NCBI GenBank assembly: GCA_030390025.1
Contig: CM059432.1
Location: forward strand, 24,864,001 to 24,928,000
DNA from: Squalus acanthias
Lineage: Eukaryota
DNA length: 64,000 nt
Direction of reading: 5' to 3'
Below the pieces are notes generated by a model. That model searched no databases. It saw only the letters and a program-made list of their open reading frames with translations, and was not told the origin of the DNA. Every line of letters begins with the position of its first letter. Within the stretch, counting starts at the first letter, position 1. Below, piece by piece: positions 1 through 12,521 of the stretch. A program made the translations under genes and the position numbers.

Positions 1-886
1 CATCCTGCCAGCGGGTAGGCTGCACTGCTGCCCTCTCAAGAGGGTGCCCTTTAGTGGCAAACATCAGAACCCTCCTCTTACCTCATGCAGCAGTATATCC
101 ATCCATCAAACAGAGTGCTTGGGAGCTGCGTTACTTGGTCACATGCTGACAGATCTAATTTCTCCACATCTAGTTTGCCATTCCTTTTACTAACCATTTC
201 TTTTGCCCCCATGCAGCCTTTGGAAAGGCTGCAAGTGATGGAAATTATTAATGCCTTAAGAAAGTCTAAAACAATTTTTGACCCTGCCCTTTTAAGGGTT
301 GTTGACATTTACATTTGCCACCCCCATCCGCTTTGATGAGATCCTAGTCCCAGGCTCAATCCAGACCAAGGTTGCATATTTAATTAGGACCAACCAGGAA
401 AGATGCTCTGAGAATGGCCCAGTTCCAAATTGGCAAGTGCTACTGCTCTTTTCTGGTGCCAATTTTCTTCGCTTATATTGGAAAACATACCCTAAAGTGC
501 CCTGAACCTTTACAGTAGAATTTCTGAAGACCTAATCATTTCAGAAATGAGTCTGATGCCCTTGTTATATTGGCAATTTTGGGACCGTTGCACTATGTAT
601 TTCTCCACACCATCTAGTTTCCAATTTTTAGAAAGTTGGAATATAAACAACTTGCATTCATATAACGACTCTCAGACCGCGCACAAAGGGGCAGAGAGGA
701 ATGCAGAATGGAAGATGGGATAGATAAACGAGCGGGGTGATTGAAATCACAATTCGAAAGAGAGGTATTGAAGGAAGGAAGAGAGGCAGGCCGAAAAGTT
801 CTGGGGATAGAATTCATAAAGCAAGGGCATAGTGACTGAAAAAAACCCAGTCTCTGCAGATATGAGGATGGCTGGACCACAGTTTA

Positions 887-993
887 GTAAGAGGTGCACT
901 TCTGAGATTAGGCTTGAGGCACACTGTTGGGGCAGATCAAGAGAAACGTAACTCTCTACATATACCATGTTGTACCTGACCTGGCAGTGCTTG
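887..993. repeat. Left arm of 107-bp inverted repeat (partner 1592-1698)
   Basis: Reverse complement of 887-993 matches 1592-1698 with 3 mismatches by eye; the peptide MVYVESYVSLDLPQQCASSLIS appears in ORFs on opposite strands. Confidence 0.92.
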
Positions 994-1591
994 GACCACT
1001 CTGGCAGACTTGCCTTTTTCGGCGGTCCGTTCCTGAATTCTGGAGAAACTAGATGAAGTAAAGTTACTGGTGGCTTTCTTTGGTCTGGTTGCCAGTCACT
1101 TTATCTTGTTGATGGTTGCTATAATGACATTGTAGGGCTAATTATCTGGCTTTGTGCTGCCTGAGGGAACTTCAACTGCTGAGACAGCATATCAACCATT
1201 CAGACGGGCACACTGTGCCGAGTTTTCTGACAATTATTTAGTGGATGGAAAGCCGTGTGCCCATATTGTGCTCTTGGCTGGCAGTGTGAAGTCAGAAAGT
1301 TACTCTTTATATATAATTACAGCACCAGAGACATACTCATGCACACTAAGAGCAAAATTTCTTGTTGAGTTTACAATCTAAAAATCAAGACGAGGTAGAT
1401 GCTATAAAATACACAAACTATTTATTGCTAATCCATGTCACAGCGTAATGGTCGCTCAATCCTGGTTCCAGTGTGTACAAAAGAAGCAGTCAACTTATTC
1501 TCTCCTTTTTGCGTGAATTTTATGCTCATTAATGTTAGGGGGTCTTCATGCCTGAGGCTGGAACACTTTCCATTTCACACAGTCTTCGCAT

Positions 1592-1698
1592 CAAGCACTG
1601 CCAGGTCAGGTACAATATGGTATATGTAGAGAGTTACGTTTCTCTTGATCTGCCCCAACAGTGTGCCTCAAGCCTAATCTCAGTAGTACACCTCTTAC
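1592..1698. repeat. Right arm of 107-bp inverted repeat
   Basis: See 887-993; about 600-bp unique spacer. Confidence 0.92.
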
Positions 1699-2225
1699 GA
1701 CATTATTTCAGCATTTATCTACTTCACAACCAGCTATTCTTGATTTTTCTCAATGTCATTGCTAATTACTGCCAAACCGGGACAGTTTTGTGCCATGTAT
1801 CAATCCCCATTTGGAATGGACTGAGATTCTCCTTTATTTATCATATATTTTGCAGGTTCTTTTTCTTACACTGAGTTTCTTGTCAGACTTGTCATTTCAG
1901 ATTCAATCAACACAGTTACCTGAGCCACAGAATATTGATGTTCCCAATATAGCATAACTTCAGGCAACACTGAGGAAAAAATCCCAAGAAGATGCTTGTA
2001 GTTATCCTGGAAGTAGACTCAACACATTGATGCCAATAGTACAAAGCAGGCATATTTCAAGCAGAGTCTGCTGCCTGATGTCTCCATAGGGTATCCATTT
2101 TACTGTTTGGCAAAGTGAAGGAACTATTGAACTCTATAATGGAGCCCTGTGACCTGTGAACAGGAATATTTTCCAAATTAATTGTTCGAAAATGAATAAG
2201 TGCTACTTGCGATCTATATCTCTGA

Positions 2226-2349
2226 CTTGGCACAGTTGGTAGCACATTCACCTCTAAATAGGAAGGTTGCAAGTTTGAGCCAATTAATGGACATGATCAC
2301 ATAACCTCGAATGATACTTCTGTGCAGTACTGAGAGAGTGCTGTATTAT
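2226..2349 (+). mobile_element. SacSINE1/DeuSINE-like SINE, tRNA-derived 5' part (continues at 10913 after CR1 insertion)
   Basis: A-box-like tggcacagttggtagc, then gtgcagtactgagagagtgctg, matching the SINE body seen at 8391-8771. Confidence 0.7.
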
Positions 2350-2439
2350 AGAGAGTGCGGAGCTGCGAGGAGTCGGCAGCAGCGGAGGAGGCATAAATAC
2401 AGCGGGAGGACAGCGTGGACCTGCGAGGAGTCGGCAGCA

Positions 2440-2530
2440 GCAGCGGAAGTGACAGATACAAATCCGGCAAATTCCAAAAGAACAGCAAAATCAAGGAGTG
2501 ACGTCACAGGACTGCAGGTAGGTGATTGGT
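2440..2530 (+). promoter_or_regulatory. Putative internal promoter motifs in CR1 5'UTR (ETS-like CGGAAGT, CRE palindrome GTGACGTCAC 2498-2507, reverse CCAAT)
   Basis: Motifs seen directly; CpG-rich, with a duplicated ctgcgaggagtcggcagcagc unit at ~2363 and ~2421; function inferred. Confidence 0.4.
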
Positions 2531-2676
2531 GGGTGAGTATTAGCATTTTATTCTCTCTAACTTAACTAGGTAAACTAATGAACAGAACTATAAACAATCG
2601 TGTGAATAAAGACGTTAAATAAAAGAGCGAGAGAAGCGGCCGGAGATAAAGGTAGGCCTGACTTTTAAGGCTCTTA

Positions 2677-3426
2677 GGGCTAGAAATTCGGTGCATTTGC
2701 GCCTCTCGTTATCACCCCTGGGGGCACTAACGGGGCGCAAATGACTTTTCGCCCGGGTGCAGCGCCGCTAATAACTCCCACTAAATTCAGCGGGAGTTTG
2801 GCGCCGGCGGTAACCGGTAGCGCCCTGCTGCACTGCGCAGGCGATGATGACGCCAACACCGTGTGCAGCTCCCCGTTTTTGCCCCGCCTGCAAAATTGGT
2901 CCGCGCCCCCTGAATCTGCACCGGGCGATGACAGCGACCAATTCAGGGGGTGGGAACGGAGAGGCAGGAGGCTCGCGGGGCACTAACTAAAGGGGAGGTG
3001 GCGGGTGGGGAAACAAATATCGGCCGACTTACTTGTTGCAGCCCATTGTGTCTTTGAACATGGGGTCCGTGCCGCGATGTGGCAGCCCAGCACTCCTCTT
3101 GAGTGCCAGGCTGCTGGCACGGCACCCCACTCCCCGGTGGTCCAGGTTAGGCCCCGCAGAGTTGTGGGCTTGGGCCCTCCCCTTTAAGAGCCCTTCCATG
3201 CGGCAACGCTACGTGGCCCAGTGCGTAGCGCTGCAGAACGCACTGCCCCGATATTTGGGGTTAGAGCTCTAAGAAGGAAGTGGAGCGTTTGAATTAACGC
3301 TCCAGCTCCCTCGTGGGGCGCTGTAATTGAAGTTAGTGATCGCCAGCGCTATTTTTCGTCGGGCACTAAATTTAGCGCCCAGGCAATGTTAGTGGCCCAA
3401 AATGGTCGCTAATGAATTTTTCCCCC
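2677..3426 (-). mobile_element. PIF/Harbinger MITE in CR1 5'UTR
   Basis: TTA TSD (2674-2676 / 3427-3429); imperfect TIRs gggctagaaattc / gggggaaaaattc; subterminal similarity to the ends of 22873-27016. Confidence 0.88.
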
Positions 3427-3478
3427 TTAGTCTTAAGTTTATTTCTGTAAGTTGGTTAATAGTCAAATAAATAGAGGC

Positions 3479-4424
3479 ATGGCAGGGCACTTCAGTCCCG
3501 CGGAATGCACATCCTGTGCCATGTGGGAAATCCAGGACGCTTCCCGTATCCTGGACAACCACATGTGCAGGAAGTGTCGTCAGCTGGAGGAGCTCGAGCT
3601 CCGGGTTTCGGAGCTTGAGCAGCAGCTGGCGTCACTGCGGTGCATCCTCGAGGCTGAGGGCTATGTGGATAGCACATTTCAGGAGGTGGTCACCCCGCAG
3701 ATAAAGAGTGAGCAGGCAGAGAGGGAATGGGTGACTGCCAGATAGAAGAGGAGGACCAGGCAGGTAGTGCAGGAGTTCCTTGAGTGCATCTCACTCTCCA
3801 ACCAGTATTCAGTACTGAATACTGGTGAGGGTGATGGTCCCTCTGGGGAGTACAGCCAGAGCCAAGTCCACGGTACCACGGGTGGCTCAGCTGTACGGGG
3901 GGGAGGAGGAAGATCAGGAAGGCAATAGTGGTAGGGGATTCGATAGGGGAACAGACAGGCATTTCTGCGGCTGCAGACGTGATCCCAGGATGGTATGTTG
4001 CCTCCCTGGTGCCAGGGTCAAGGATGTCACCGAGCATCTGCAGAACATTCTGAGGCGGGAGGGTGAGCAGCCAGAGGTCGTGGTCCATATTGGTACCAAT
4101 GACATAGATAAAAAAAGGGATGAGGTCCTGCAAGCAGATTTTAGGGAGCTAGGAAAGAGATTCAAAAGTAGGACCTCAAAGGTAGTAACCTCTGGATTAC
4201 TCCCTGTCCCTCACTGAGCTAGTGAATATGGAAATAGGAGGATAGAGCAGATGAATGCGTAGCTGGAGAGATGGTGCAGGAGGGAAGGCTTCAGATTCCT
4301 GGGGCATTGGGACTGGTTCTGGGAGACCTGTACAGGCCGGACGGGTTGTACCTCAACAGAGCCAGAACCAATGTCCTCATTGGGGGGGGGGTTTGCTAGT
4401 GCTGTTAGGGAGGGTTTAAACTAA
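3479..4424 (+). pseudogene. CR1 ORF1 (CxxC..CxxC zinc finger, leucine zipper, SGNH esterase), disrupted
   Basis: CTSC...CRKC, LEELELRVSELEQQL, VVVHIGTNDI; stops and frameshifts. Confidence 0.9.
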
Positions 4425-6082
4425 TTTGGCAGGGGGGTCGGCACCAGGATGTAGCATTAGAAAGAAGAAACCGTGCACAAAGGATGGGGAGAGACAGATA
4501 GCATTCAAGTAATAAATAGTAAGGTATTAGGTGGGGTCAGAGTAAGAGAAAATACAAGAAGGTCTAAGACAGGTTCACAGTGCATGTGTGTAAATGCACA
4601 AAGCATGGAAAATAAAGTTGGTGAGCTGCAGGCGCAAATAGCCACATGGAAATATGATGTTGTGGTGATAACGGAGACCTGGCTCAAAAAAGGGCAGGAT
4701 TGGCTTTTAAATATTCCTGGATATAAGATGTTCAGGAAAGATAGAGAAGAAAAGAAAGGAGGTGGGGCAGTATTAGTTAAGGAGAATGTTACATTGCTGG
4801 AGAAAGGGGATATTCTGGAGGGGCCAAAGACAGAATCAATTTGGTTATAGAGTTAAGAAATAATAGAGGTGCCATTACACTACTAGGTGTCTTCTATCGG
4901 CCACCAACTAGTGGGAAAGATATAGAGGAGCAAATTTGCAGGGAAATTACAGAGATGTGCAAGAAAAATACAGTAGCAATAACGGGGGACTTCAAATATC
5001 CTAATATAGACTGGGATAATAATAGTGTAAAGGGCAGATATGGGGAAGAATTTCTGAAGTGTGTTCAGGAAAACTTCCTTGATTAGTATGTTCCCGGCCC
5101 AATGAGGAAGGAGGCATTGCTGGATCTGGTTCTGGGGAATGAGGTGGATCAAGTGGAGCAATTGTCAGTAAGGGAACATTTAGGGAACAGTGATCATAGT
5201 ATCATAAGGTTTAGATTAGCTATGGAAAAGGACAGGGAGCAATCTAGAGTAAAAATACTTAATTGGAGGAAGATAAATTTCAGTGGGTTGAGAATAGTTC
5301 TGGCCCGGGTAAATTGGAATCAAAGATTGGCAGGCAAAACTGTAATCGAACAATCGGCTGCCTTTAAAGAGGAGATGGTACAGGTACAGTTGAGGTACAT
5401 TCACACTAGGGGGAAAGGTAGAGCAACTAAAGCCAGAGCTCCCTGGATGACGAAAGAGATAGAGAGTAAGATGAAGCAGAAAAAGAGCGCTTATGACAGA
5501 TGTCAGGTTGAGAATACAAGTGAGAACCAGGCTGAATATAGAAAATTCAGAGGGGAAGTGAAAAAGAAAATAAGAGGGGCAAAGAGAGAGTATGAGAATA
5601 GATTGGCAGCTAAAATAAAAGGGAATTCAAAAATCTTCTATAGGCATATAAATAATAAACGGTTAGTAAGAGGAGGGGTGGGGCCGATTAGGGACCAAAA
5701 TGGAGACCTACGCGTGGAGGCAGAGGGCATGGCTGAGATACTAAATGAGTACTTTGCATCTGTCTTTACCAAGGAAGAAGATGCTGCCAAAGTCACAGTG
5801 AAAGAGGAAGTAGTGGAGTTACTGGATGAGATAAAAATTGATAAAGAGGAGGCACTAGAAAAGCTGTCTGAACTTAAAGTTGATATGTCAGAAGGACCTG
5901 ATGGGATGCATCCTAGGATGCTGAGGGAAGTTAAGGAGGAAATCGCGGAGGTACTCGCCATAATCTTCCAATCCTCCTTAGATACGGGGTTGGTGCCAGA
6001 GGACTGGAGAATTGCAAATGTTACACTCTTGTTAAAAAAAAGGGTGTAAGGATAAACCCAGCAACTACAGGCCAGTCAGTTT

Positions 6083-9000
6083 TTTTAATTCATTTTTATG
6101 GGATGTGGACATCGCTGGCAAGGCCAGCACTTATTACCCATCCCTAGTTGCCCTTGAGAAGGTGATGGTGAGCCGCCTTCTTAAACCAATGCAGTCCGTG
6201 TGGTGAAGGTGCGCCCACAGTGCTGTTAGGTAGGGAGTTGCAGGATTTTGACCCAGCGACGATGAAGGATCGGCAATATACTTCTAAGTCAGGATGGTGT
6301 GTGACTTGGAGGGGAACTTGGAGGTGGTGGTGTTCCCATGTGCCTGCTGCCCTTGTCCTTCTAGGTGGAAGAGGTCGCGGGTTTGGGAGGTGCTGCCGAA
6401 GAAGCCTTAGTGAGTTGCTACAGTGCATCTTGTAGATGGTGCACACTGCAGCCACGGTACGCCGGTGGTGGAGGGAGTGAATGTTTAAGGTGGTGGATGG
6501 GGTGCCAATCAAGCAGGCTGCTTTGTCCTGGATGGTGTCGAGCTTCTTGAATGTTGTTCGAGCTGCACTCATTCAGGCAAGTGGAGAGTATTCCATCACA
6601 CTCCTTACTTGTGCCTTGTAGATGGTGGAAAGGCTTTGGGGAGTCAGGAGGTGAGACACTCGCCACAGAATACCCAGCCTCTGACCTGCTCTTGTTGCCA
6701 CAGTATTTATATGGTTGGTCCAGTAAAGTTTCTGGTCAATGGTGAACCCCAGGATGTTGATGGTGGGGGCTTTGGCAATGGTAATGCCGTTGAATATCAA
6801 GGGGCGGTGGTTAGACTCTCGCGTGTTGGAGATAGTCATTGACTGGCACTTCTGTGGCGCGAATGTTACCTGCCACTTATCTGCCCAAGCCTGAACGTCG
6901 TCCAGGTCTTGTTGCATGCGGGCATGAACTGCTTCATTATCTGAGGAGTTGTGAATGGCGCTGAACACTATGCAGTCATCAGCGAACATCCCCATTTCTG
7001 ACCTTATGTTCGAGGGAAGGTCATTGATGAAGCAGCTGAAGATGGTTGGGCCTAGGACTAGCCCTGAGGAACTCCTGCAGTGATGTCCTGGGGCTCTGAT
7101 GATTGACCTTCAACCACCACAACCATCTTCCTTTGTGCCAGGTATAACTCCAGCCTATGGAGCATTTTCCCCCTGATTCCCATTGACTTCAGTTTTACGA
7201 GGGCTCCTTGATGCCACACTCGGTCAAATGCTGCCTTGATGTCAAGGGCAGTCACTCTCACCTCACCTCTGAAATTCAGCTCCTTTGTCCATGTTTGGAC
7301 CAAGGCTGTAATGAGGTCGGGAGCCGAGTGGTCGTTGCGGAACCCAAACTGGGCATCAGTGAGCAGGTTATTGGTGAGTAAGTGCCGCTTTATAGCACTG
7401 TTGATGACACCTTCCATCACTTTGCTGATGATTGAGAGTAGACTGATGGGACGGTAATTGGCCGGATTGGATTTGTCCTGCTTTTTGTGGACAGGACATA
7501 CCTGGGCAGTTTTCCACATTGTCGGATAGATGCCAGTGTTGTAGCTGTACTGGAACAGCTTGGCTAGAGGCGTGGCTAGTTCTGGAGCACAAGTCTTCAG
7601 CACGATAGCCGGGATATTGTCGGGGCCCATAGCCTTTGCTATATCCAGTGCGCTCAACCATTTCTTGATATCACGTGGAGTGAATCGAATTGGCTGAAGA
7701 CTGGTTTCTGTGGTGGTGGGGACCTCAGGAGAAGGCCGATATGAATCATCCACTCAGCACTCTGGCTGGAGATGGTTGCAAACGCTTCAGCTTTGTCTTT
7801 TGCACTCACGTGCTGGGCTCCACCATCATTGAGGATGGGCATATTCATGGAGCCTCCTCCTCCCGTTAGTTGTTTAATGGTGCACCACCATTAACGACTG
7901 GATGTGGCAGGACTGCAGAGCTTTGATCTGATCCATTGATTGTGGAATCGCTTAGCCCTATTTATAGCATGCTGCTTCTGCTTTTTAGCATGCATGCAGT
8001 CCTGTGTTGCAGCTTCCCCAGGTTGGCACCTCATTTTTAGGTATGCTTGGTGCTGCTCCTGGCTCTTCTACACTCCTTATTGAACCAGGGTTGGTCCCCT
8101 GGCTTGATGGTAATGGTAGAGTGAGGGATATGCCGGGCCATGAGGTTACAGATTGTGGTGGAATACAATTCTGCTGCTGCTGATGGCCCACAGCGCCTCA
8201 TGGATGCCCAATTTTGAGCTGCGAGATCTGTTCTGAATCTATACCATTTAGCACGGTGGTAGTGCCACACAACACGATGGAGGGTGTCCTCAGTGTGAAG
8301 ACGGGACTTCGTCTCCACAATGACTGTGCGGTCTTCACTGCTACCAGTACTGTCATGGACAGATGCATCTGCGACAGGTAGATTGGTGAGAAAGAAAAAA
8401 GAAAGAAAGACTTGCATTTATATAGCACCTTTCATGACCACCGGACGTCTCAAAGCACTTTACAGCCAATGAAGTACTTTTTGAAGAGGAGTCACTGTTG
8501 TAGTGTGGGATACGTGGCAGCCAATTTGCACACAGCAAACTCCCAGAAACAGCAATGTGATAATGACCAGATAATCTGTTTTTGTTATGTTGATTGAGGG
8601 ATAAATATTGGCCAGGACACCGGGGATAACTCCCCTGCTCTTCTTCGAAAAAATGCCATGGGATCTTTTACATCCACCTGAGGGAACAGACGGAGCCTCG
8701 GTTTAACGTCTCATCTGAAAGATGGCACCTCCGACAGTGCAGCACTCCCTCAGCACTGTACTGGAGTGTCAACTGGAGGACGAGGTCCAGTAAGTTTTTC
8801 CCTCATGTTGGTTCTCTCACCACCTGTCACAGGCCCAGACTGGCAGCTATGTCCTTCAGGACTCGGCCAGCTCGGTCAGTAGTGGTGCTACCAAGCCACT
8901 CTTGGTGATGGACATTGAAGTCCCCCACCCAGAGTACATTCAGTGCCCTTGCTACTCTCAGTGCATCATCCAAGTTGTGTTCAACATGGTGGAGCACTGA

Positions 9001-9548
9001 TTCATCAGCTGAGGGAGGGCGGTAGGAGGTAATCAGCAGGAGGTTTCCTTGCCCATGCTTGACCTGAAGCCATGAGACTTCATGGGGTCCGGAGTCAATG
9101 TTGAGGACTCCCAGGGCCACTCCTTCCCGACTGTATACCACTGTGCCGCCACCCCTGGTGGGTCTGTCCTGCCGGTGATTCAGGACATACCCAGGGATGG
9201 TGATGGAGTAGTTTGGGACATTGGCTGAAAGGTATGATTCTGTGAGTATGACTATGTCAGGCTGTTGCTTAACTAGTCTGTGGGACAGCTCTCCCAATTT
9301 TGGTACAAGTCCCCAGATGTTGGTGAGGAGGACTTTGCAGGGTCGACTGGGCTAGGTGTGCCATTGCCATGTCCGTAGCCAATGCCGTGGTCAATGCAGG
9401 GTGATCTGTCCAGTTTCATTTTTATTATTGTGTTTTGTAGCGGTTTGTTACAACTGAGTGGATTGCTAGGCCATTTTAGAGGGAAGTTAAGAGTCAACCA
9501 CATTGCTGTGGGTCTGGAGTCACATATAGGCAGAGCAGGTAAGGACGG
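6083..9548 (-). mobile_element. Second CR1-clade LINE family (APE-RT ORF2, 5'-truncated) inserted antisense in CR1 ORF2
   Basis: DIVILTESYL, YRPP, GDFNVHH, NYRPISLLS, LDIKAAFDRVWH, GVPQG, MFADD; CAGTTT at both junctions (6077-6082, 9549-9554); host NYRPVSLTSV codons rejoin. Confidence 0.92.
8391..8771 (-). mobile_element. Young 5'-truncated SacSINE1/DeuSINE-like SINE inside the LINE
   Basis: L2-like tail gctatataaatgcaagtctttc(tttc)n on minus strand; body shared with other copies (45890-46198). Confidence 0.85.
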
Positions 9549-10912
9549 CAGTTTAACCTCGGTAGTGAGGAAGCTTTTGGAAATGATAATCAGGGACAAA
9601 GTTAACAGTCACTTGGACAAGTGTGGATTAATTAAGGAAAGCCAGCACAGATTTGTTAAAGGCAAATCATTTTTAACTAACTTGATTGAGTTATTTGATT
9701 TGGTATTAGAGAGGTTTGATGAGGGCAATGCGGTTGACGTGGTGTATATGGACTTCCAAAAGGCGTTTGATAAAGTGCCTCATAATAGGCTTGCCAGTAA
9801 AATTGAAGCCAATGGAATAAAAGGGACAGTGGCAGTATTGATACAAAATTGGCTAAGTGACAGGAAACAGAGAGTAGTAGTGAACGGTTGTTTTTCTGAC
9901 TGGAGGAAGGTATACAGTGGTGTTCCCTAGGGGTCGGTACCAGGACCACTGCTTTTCTTGATATATATTAATGACTTGGACTTGGGAGTACAGGACACAA
10001 TTTCAAAATTTGCAGATGACACAAAACTTGGAGGTATAGTGAACAGTGAGAAGGAGAGTGATAGACTTCAGAAAGACATAGACAGGCTGGTGAAATGGGC
10101 GGACACATGGCAGATGAAATTTAATGCAGAAAAGTGCGAAGTAATACATTTTGGTAGGAAGAACGAGAAGAGACAAGATAAACTAAAGGGTACAATTCTA
10201 AAGGGGATGCATGAACAGAGAGACCTGGGGGTATGTGTCCACAAATTGTTGAAGGTGGCAGGGCAGGTTGGGAAGTGGTTAAAAAATCATACAGGATACT
10301 GGGCTTCATAAATAGAGGCATAGAGTACAAAAGCAAGGAAGTTATGATGAACCTTTATAAAACACCGGTTCGGCCTCAACTAGAGTATTTTGTCCAATTC
10401 TGGGCACCGCACTTTAAGAAGGGTGTGAAAGCCTTAGAGAGGGTGCAGAAAAGATTTACAAGAATTATTCCAGGGATAAGGGGCTTCAGTTGTTCTCCTT
10501 AGAGCAGAAAAGGTTGAGAAGAGATTTGATAGAGGTATTCAAATCATGAGGGGTCTAGACAGAGTAGATAGAGAGAAACTGTTCCAATTGACGGATGGGA
10601 CGAGAACCAGAACACACAGATTCAAGGTGATTTGCAAAAGAACCAAAGGCGAAATGAGGAAAAACTTTTTTACGCAGCGAGTGGTTAGGATCTGGAATGC
10701 ACTGCCTGAAAGGGTGGTGGAGGCAGACTCAATTGTGGCTTTCAAAAGGGAATTGGATAAGTACCTGAGGGGAAAAAAATTGATGGCTACAGGGAAAGGG
10801 CAGGGGAGTTGGACTAGCATAACTGCTCTTGCAGAGAGCGGGCACGGGCTCGATGGGCCAAATTGCCTCCTTCTGGCCTGTAACCATTCTACGATTCTAT
10901 GATTCTATGATT

Positions 10913-11275
10913 TTCTGAGGTGCCATCTTTCAGAAGAGACACCAAACTGAGATGGATGGACGCCTGCTCAGGTGGACGTTAAAAATCCCAAGGTACTATT
11001 GAAAGAAGAGCAGGGAATTCTCTTGGTGTCCCAGCCAACATCACTCCCTCAAACAATATCAATGAAACATATCTGGTTACTCATTCATTTGCTGTTCGTG
11101 GGACCTTGCTGTGTACAATTTGTCACTTTACACTTTACTTGCATTTGCCTTTCCAACAACAGTGATTATACTTTATACTTTAACAATATTCTATATTATA
11201 ATTATAAAGCAATTTGGGATGCCCTGAGGATGTGAAGGGCAATATAAAAATATATTTTCCTTCTTTTTCTTTTCT
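10913..11275 (+). mobile_element. 3' part of the SINE split by CR1
   Basis: gaggtgccatctttcag...caggtggacgttaaaaatccc continues the SINE broken at 2349. Confidence 0.75.
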
Positions 11276-11990
11276 ATTCTAGGTACTTTGTAGTTACTTT
11301 TTCCTTTGGTGCCTCATTAATCAATGCAGAAACCAGACAGGAGTGAATTTATGGGAAAACTACGGAGAAGCATTTCAGACTTTGTATTGTATATGACTTT
11401 GCCATGTAGCTGCAAATCCCAGATGACCCATGACTTTGGATAGATGTCAGAAAATAAACATGGACAGCTTATCTAGACTTTTTAGGGAGACAGTAAGAAG
11501 ATTAGAAGAGTATCCAAATTCTTGTGATGAGGAGAATCTTACCTGAAAGAGGTAGCAAAGTGTTTATTATGATGGAGTCCTGCTAACCTAGTCGTTCTAA
11601 ATCAACGCCTTACCTAAAACCTCTCCTTTGTGCGCAAACAAATTCCTCGTCTGCTGAGTTGAACAGAATTTGGTATTTATTGATTATACTCTGACTGCTT
11701 TGGAAACTCAAGGCCTCCATGGTATTGATTCTTTTGTTGCATCTGATTTTAGTACAATAATCCAAACTTCCGTAATGGGTTGCTAGCCAACAGCTATGGA
11801 CAGCCATTTCCTCATCAACATCTTTTAGCTCCTCTTACGACTTGTGACCTGCCCTGGACTCTGTATTGTGGATATGTTTGCGTCCTATACTTGGAGACCT
11901 AGAACATGACGCCGAAAGGAGAACACTGGTGTATCCTTTTGAGACACGTAAATGAATAGACTTTCTGAAGCGTTGTTGACATCCTGGTAG

Positions 11991-12063
11991 CATTTTCAGA
12001 AGGAGTTTGATCATTTTCAGGACGCCTATAATCATTTTCAGAAGGACTATGACCATTTTCAGA
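11991..12063 (+). repeat. 21-bp tandem repeat (~3.5 copies) derived from CR1 RT DFQKAFD codons
   Basis: cattttcagaaggagtttgat units followed by tttcatagggtgccacataagag (FDKVPHKR-like). Confidence 0.6.
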
Positions 12064-12521
12064 TTGCATTTCATAGGGTGCCACATAAGAGAATTGTTAC
12101 AAAACGTAAGCATATCATATTAAGAAGAATAAGATAGATTTTAATTTTCACCATCGAGTGCAAAGCTGGCGGTAGCAGATCAGCCACCCGTTATACATTC
12201 CACCAGATTTTCCCTTCCATTGACTTCAATTAAAAGATAAATGAAGTGGAGTGTACTATCGGAGGGATGATGAAGGTTCAGACACTAAAGGGTGGGGTAA
12301 ATGGATGCTTTACATATTGGCAGGATATATGCAGTGTTGTGCCCAGGGGTCTAGGCTGTTTACCATTTATATAAATGATTTAGGCCTAGGCACAAGACAA
12401 AAGAAACAAGAAGAAAGTAAGAACTTGTATTTATATGGCACTTTTCATGACCTCAGGATGCCGCAAAGTGCTTTCCAGCCAATGAAGTACATTTTTGAAG
12501 TGTAGTTACAGTCGTAGAGAA

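Larger units (their letters stand above)
4578..10790 (+). pseudogene. CR1 ORF2 (AP endonuclease + reverse transcriptase), disrupted and split by insertion 6083-9548
   Basis: VVVITETWL, YRPP, GDF, SDH, GPDGMHPR, DFQKAFDKVPH, FADDTKL, WNALP. Confidence 0.93.
2350..10912 (+). mobile_element. Full-length decayed CR1 LINE (5'UTR, ORF1, ORF2, (ATTCTATG)n tail) with nested insertions
   Basis: ORF1 zinc-finger/coiled-coil + esterase, ORF2 APE + RT (KFADDTK), 3' tail attctacgattctatgattctatg. Confidence 0.95.

Noticed and set aside
1..492. Right end of a MITE running off the window
   Set aside because: Only a vague TIR-like ending (ggaaaacataccc); the partner end is not visible
2226..2290. tRNA gene
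   Set aside because: Decayed tRNA-derived SINE head; no cloverleaf
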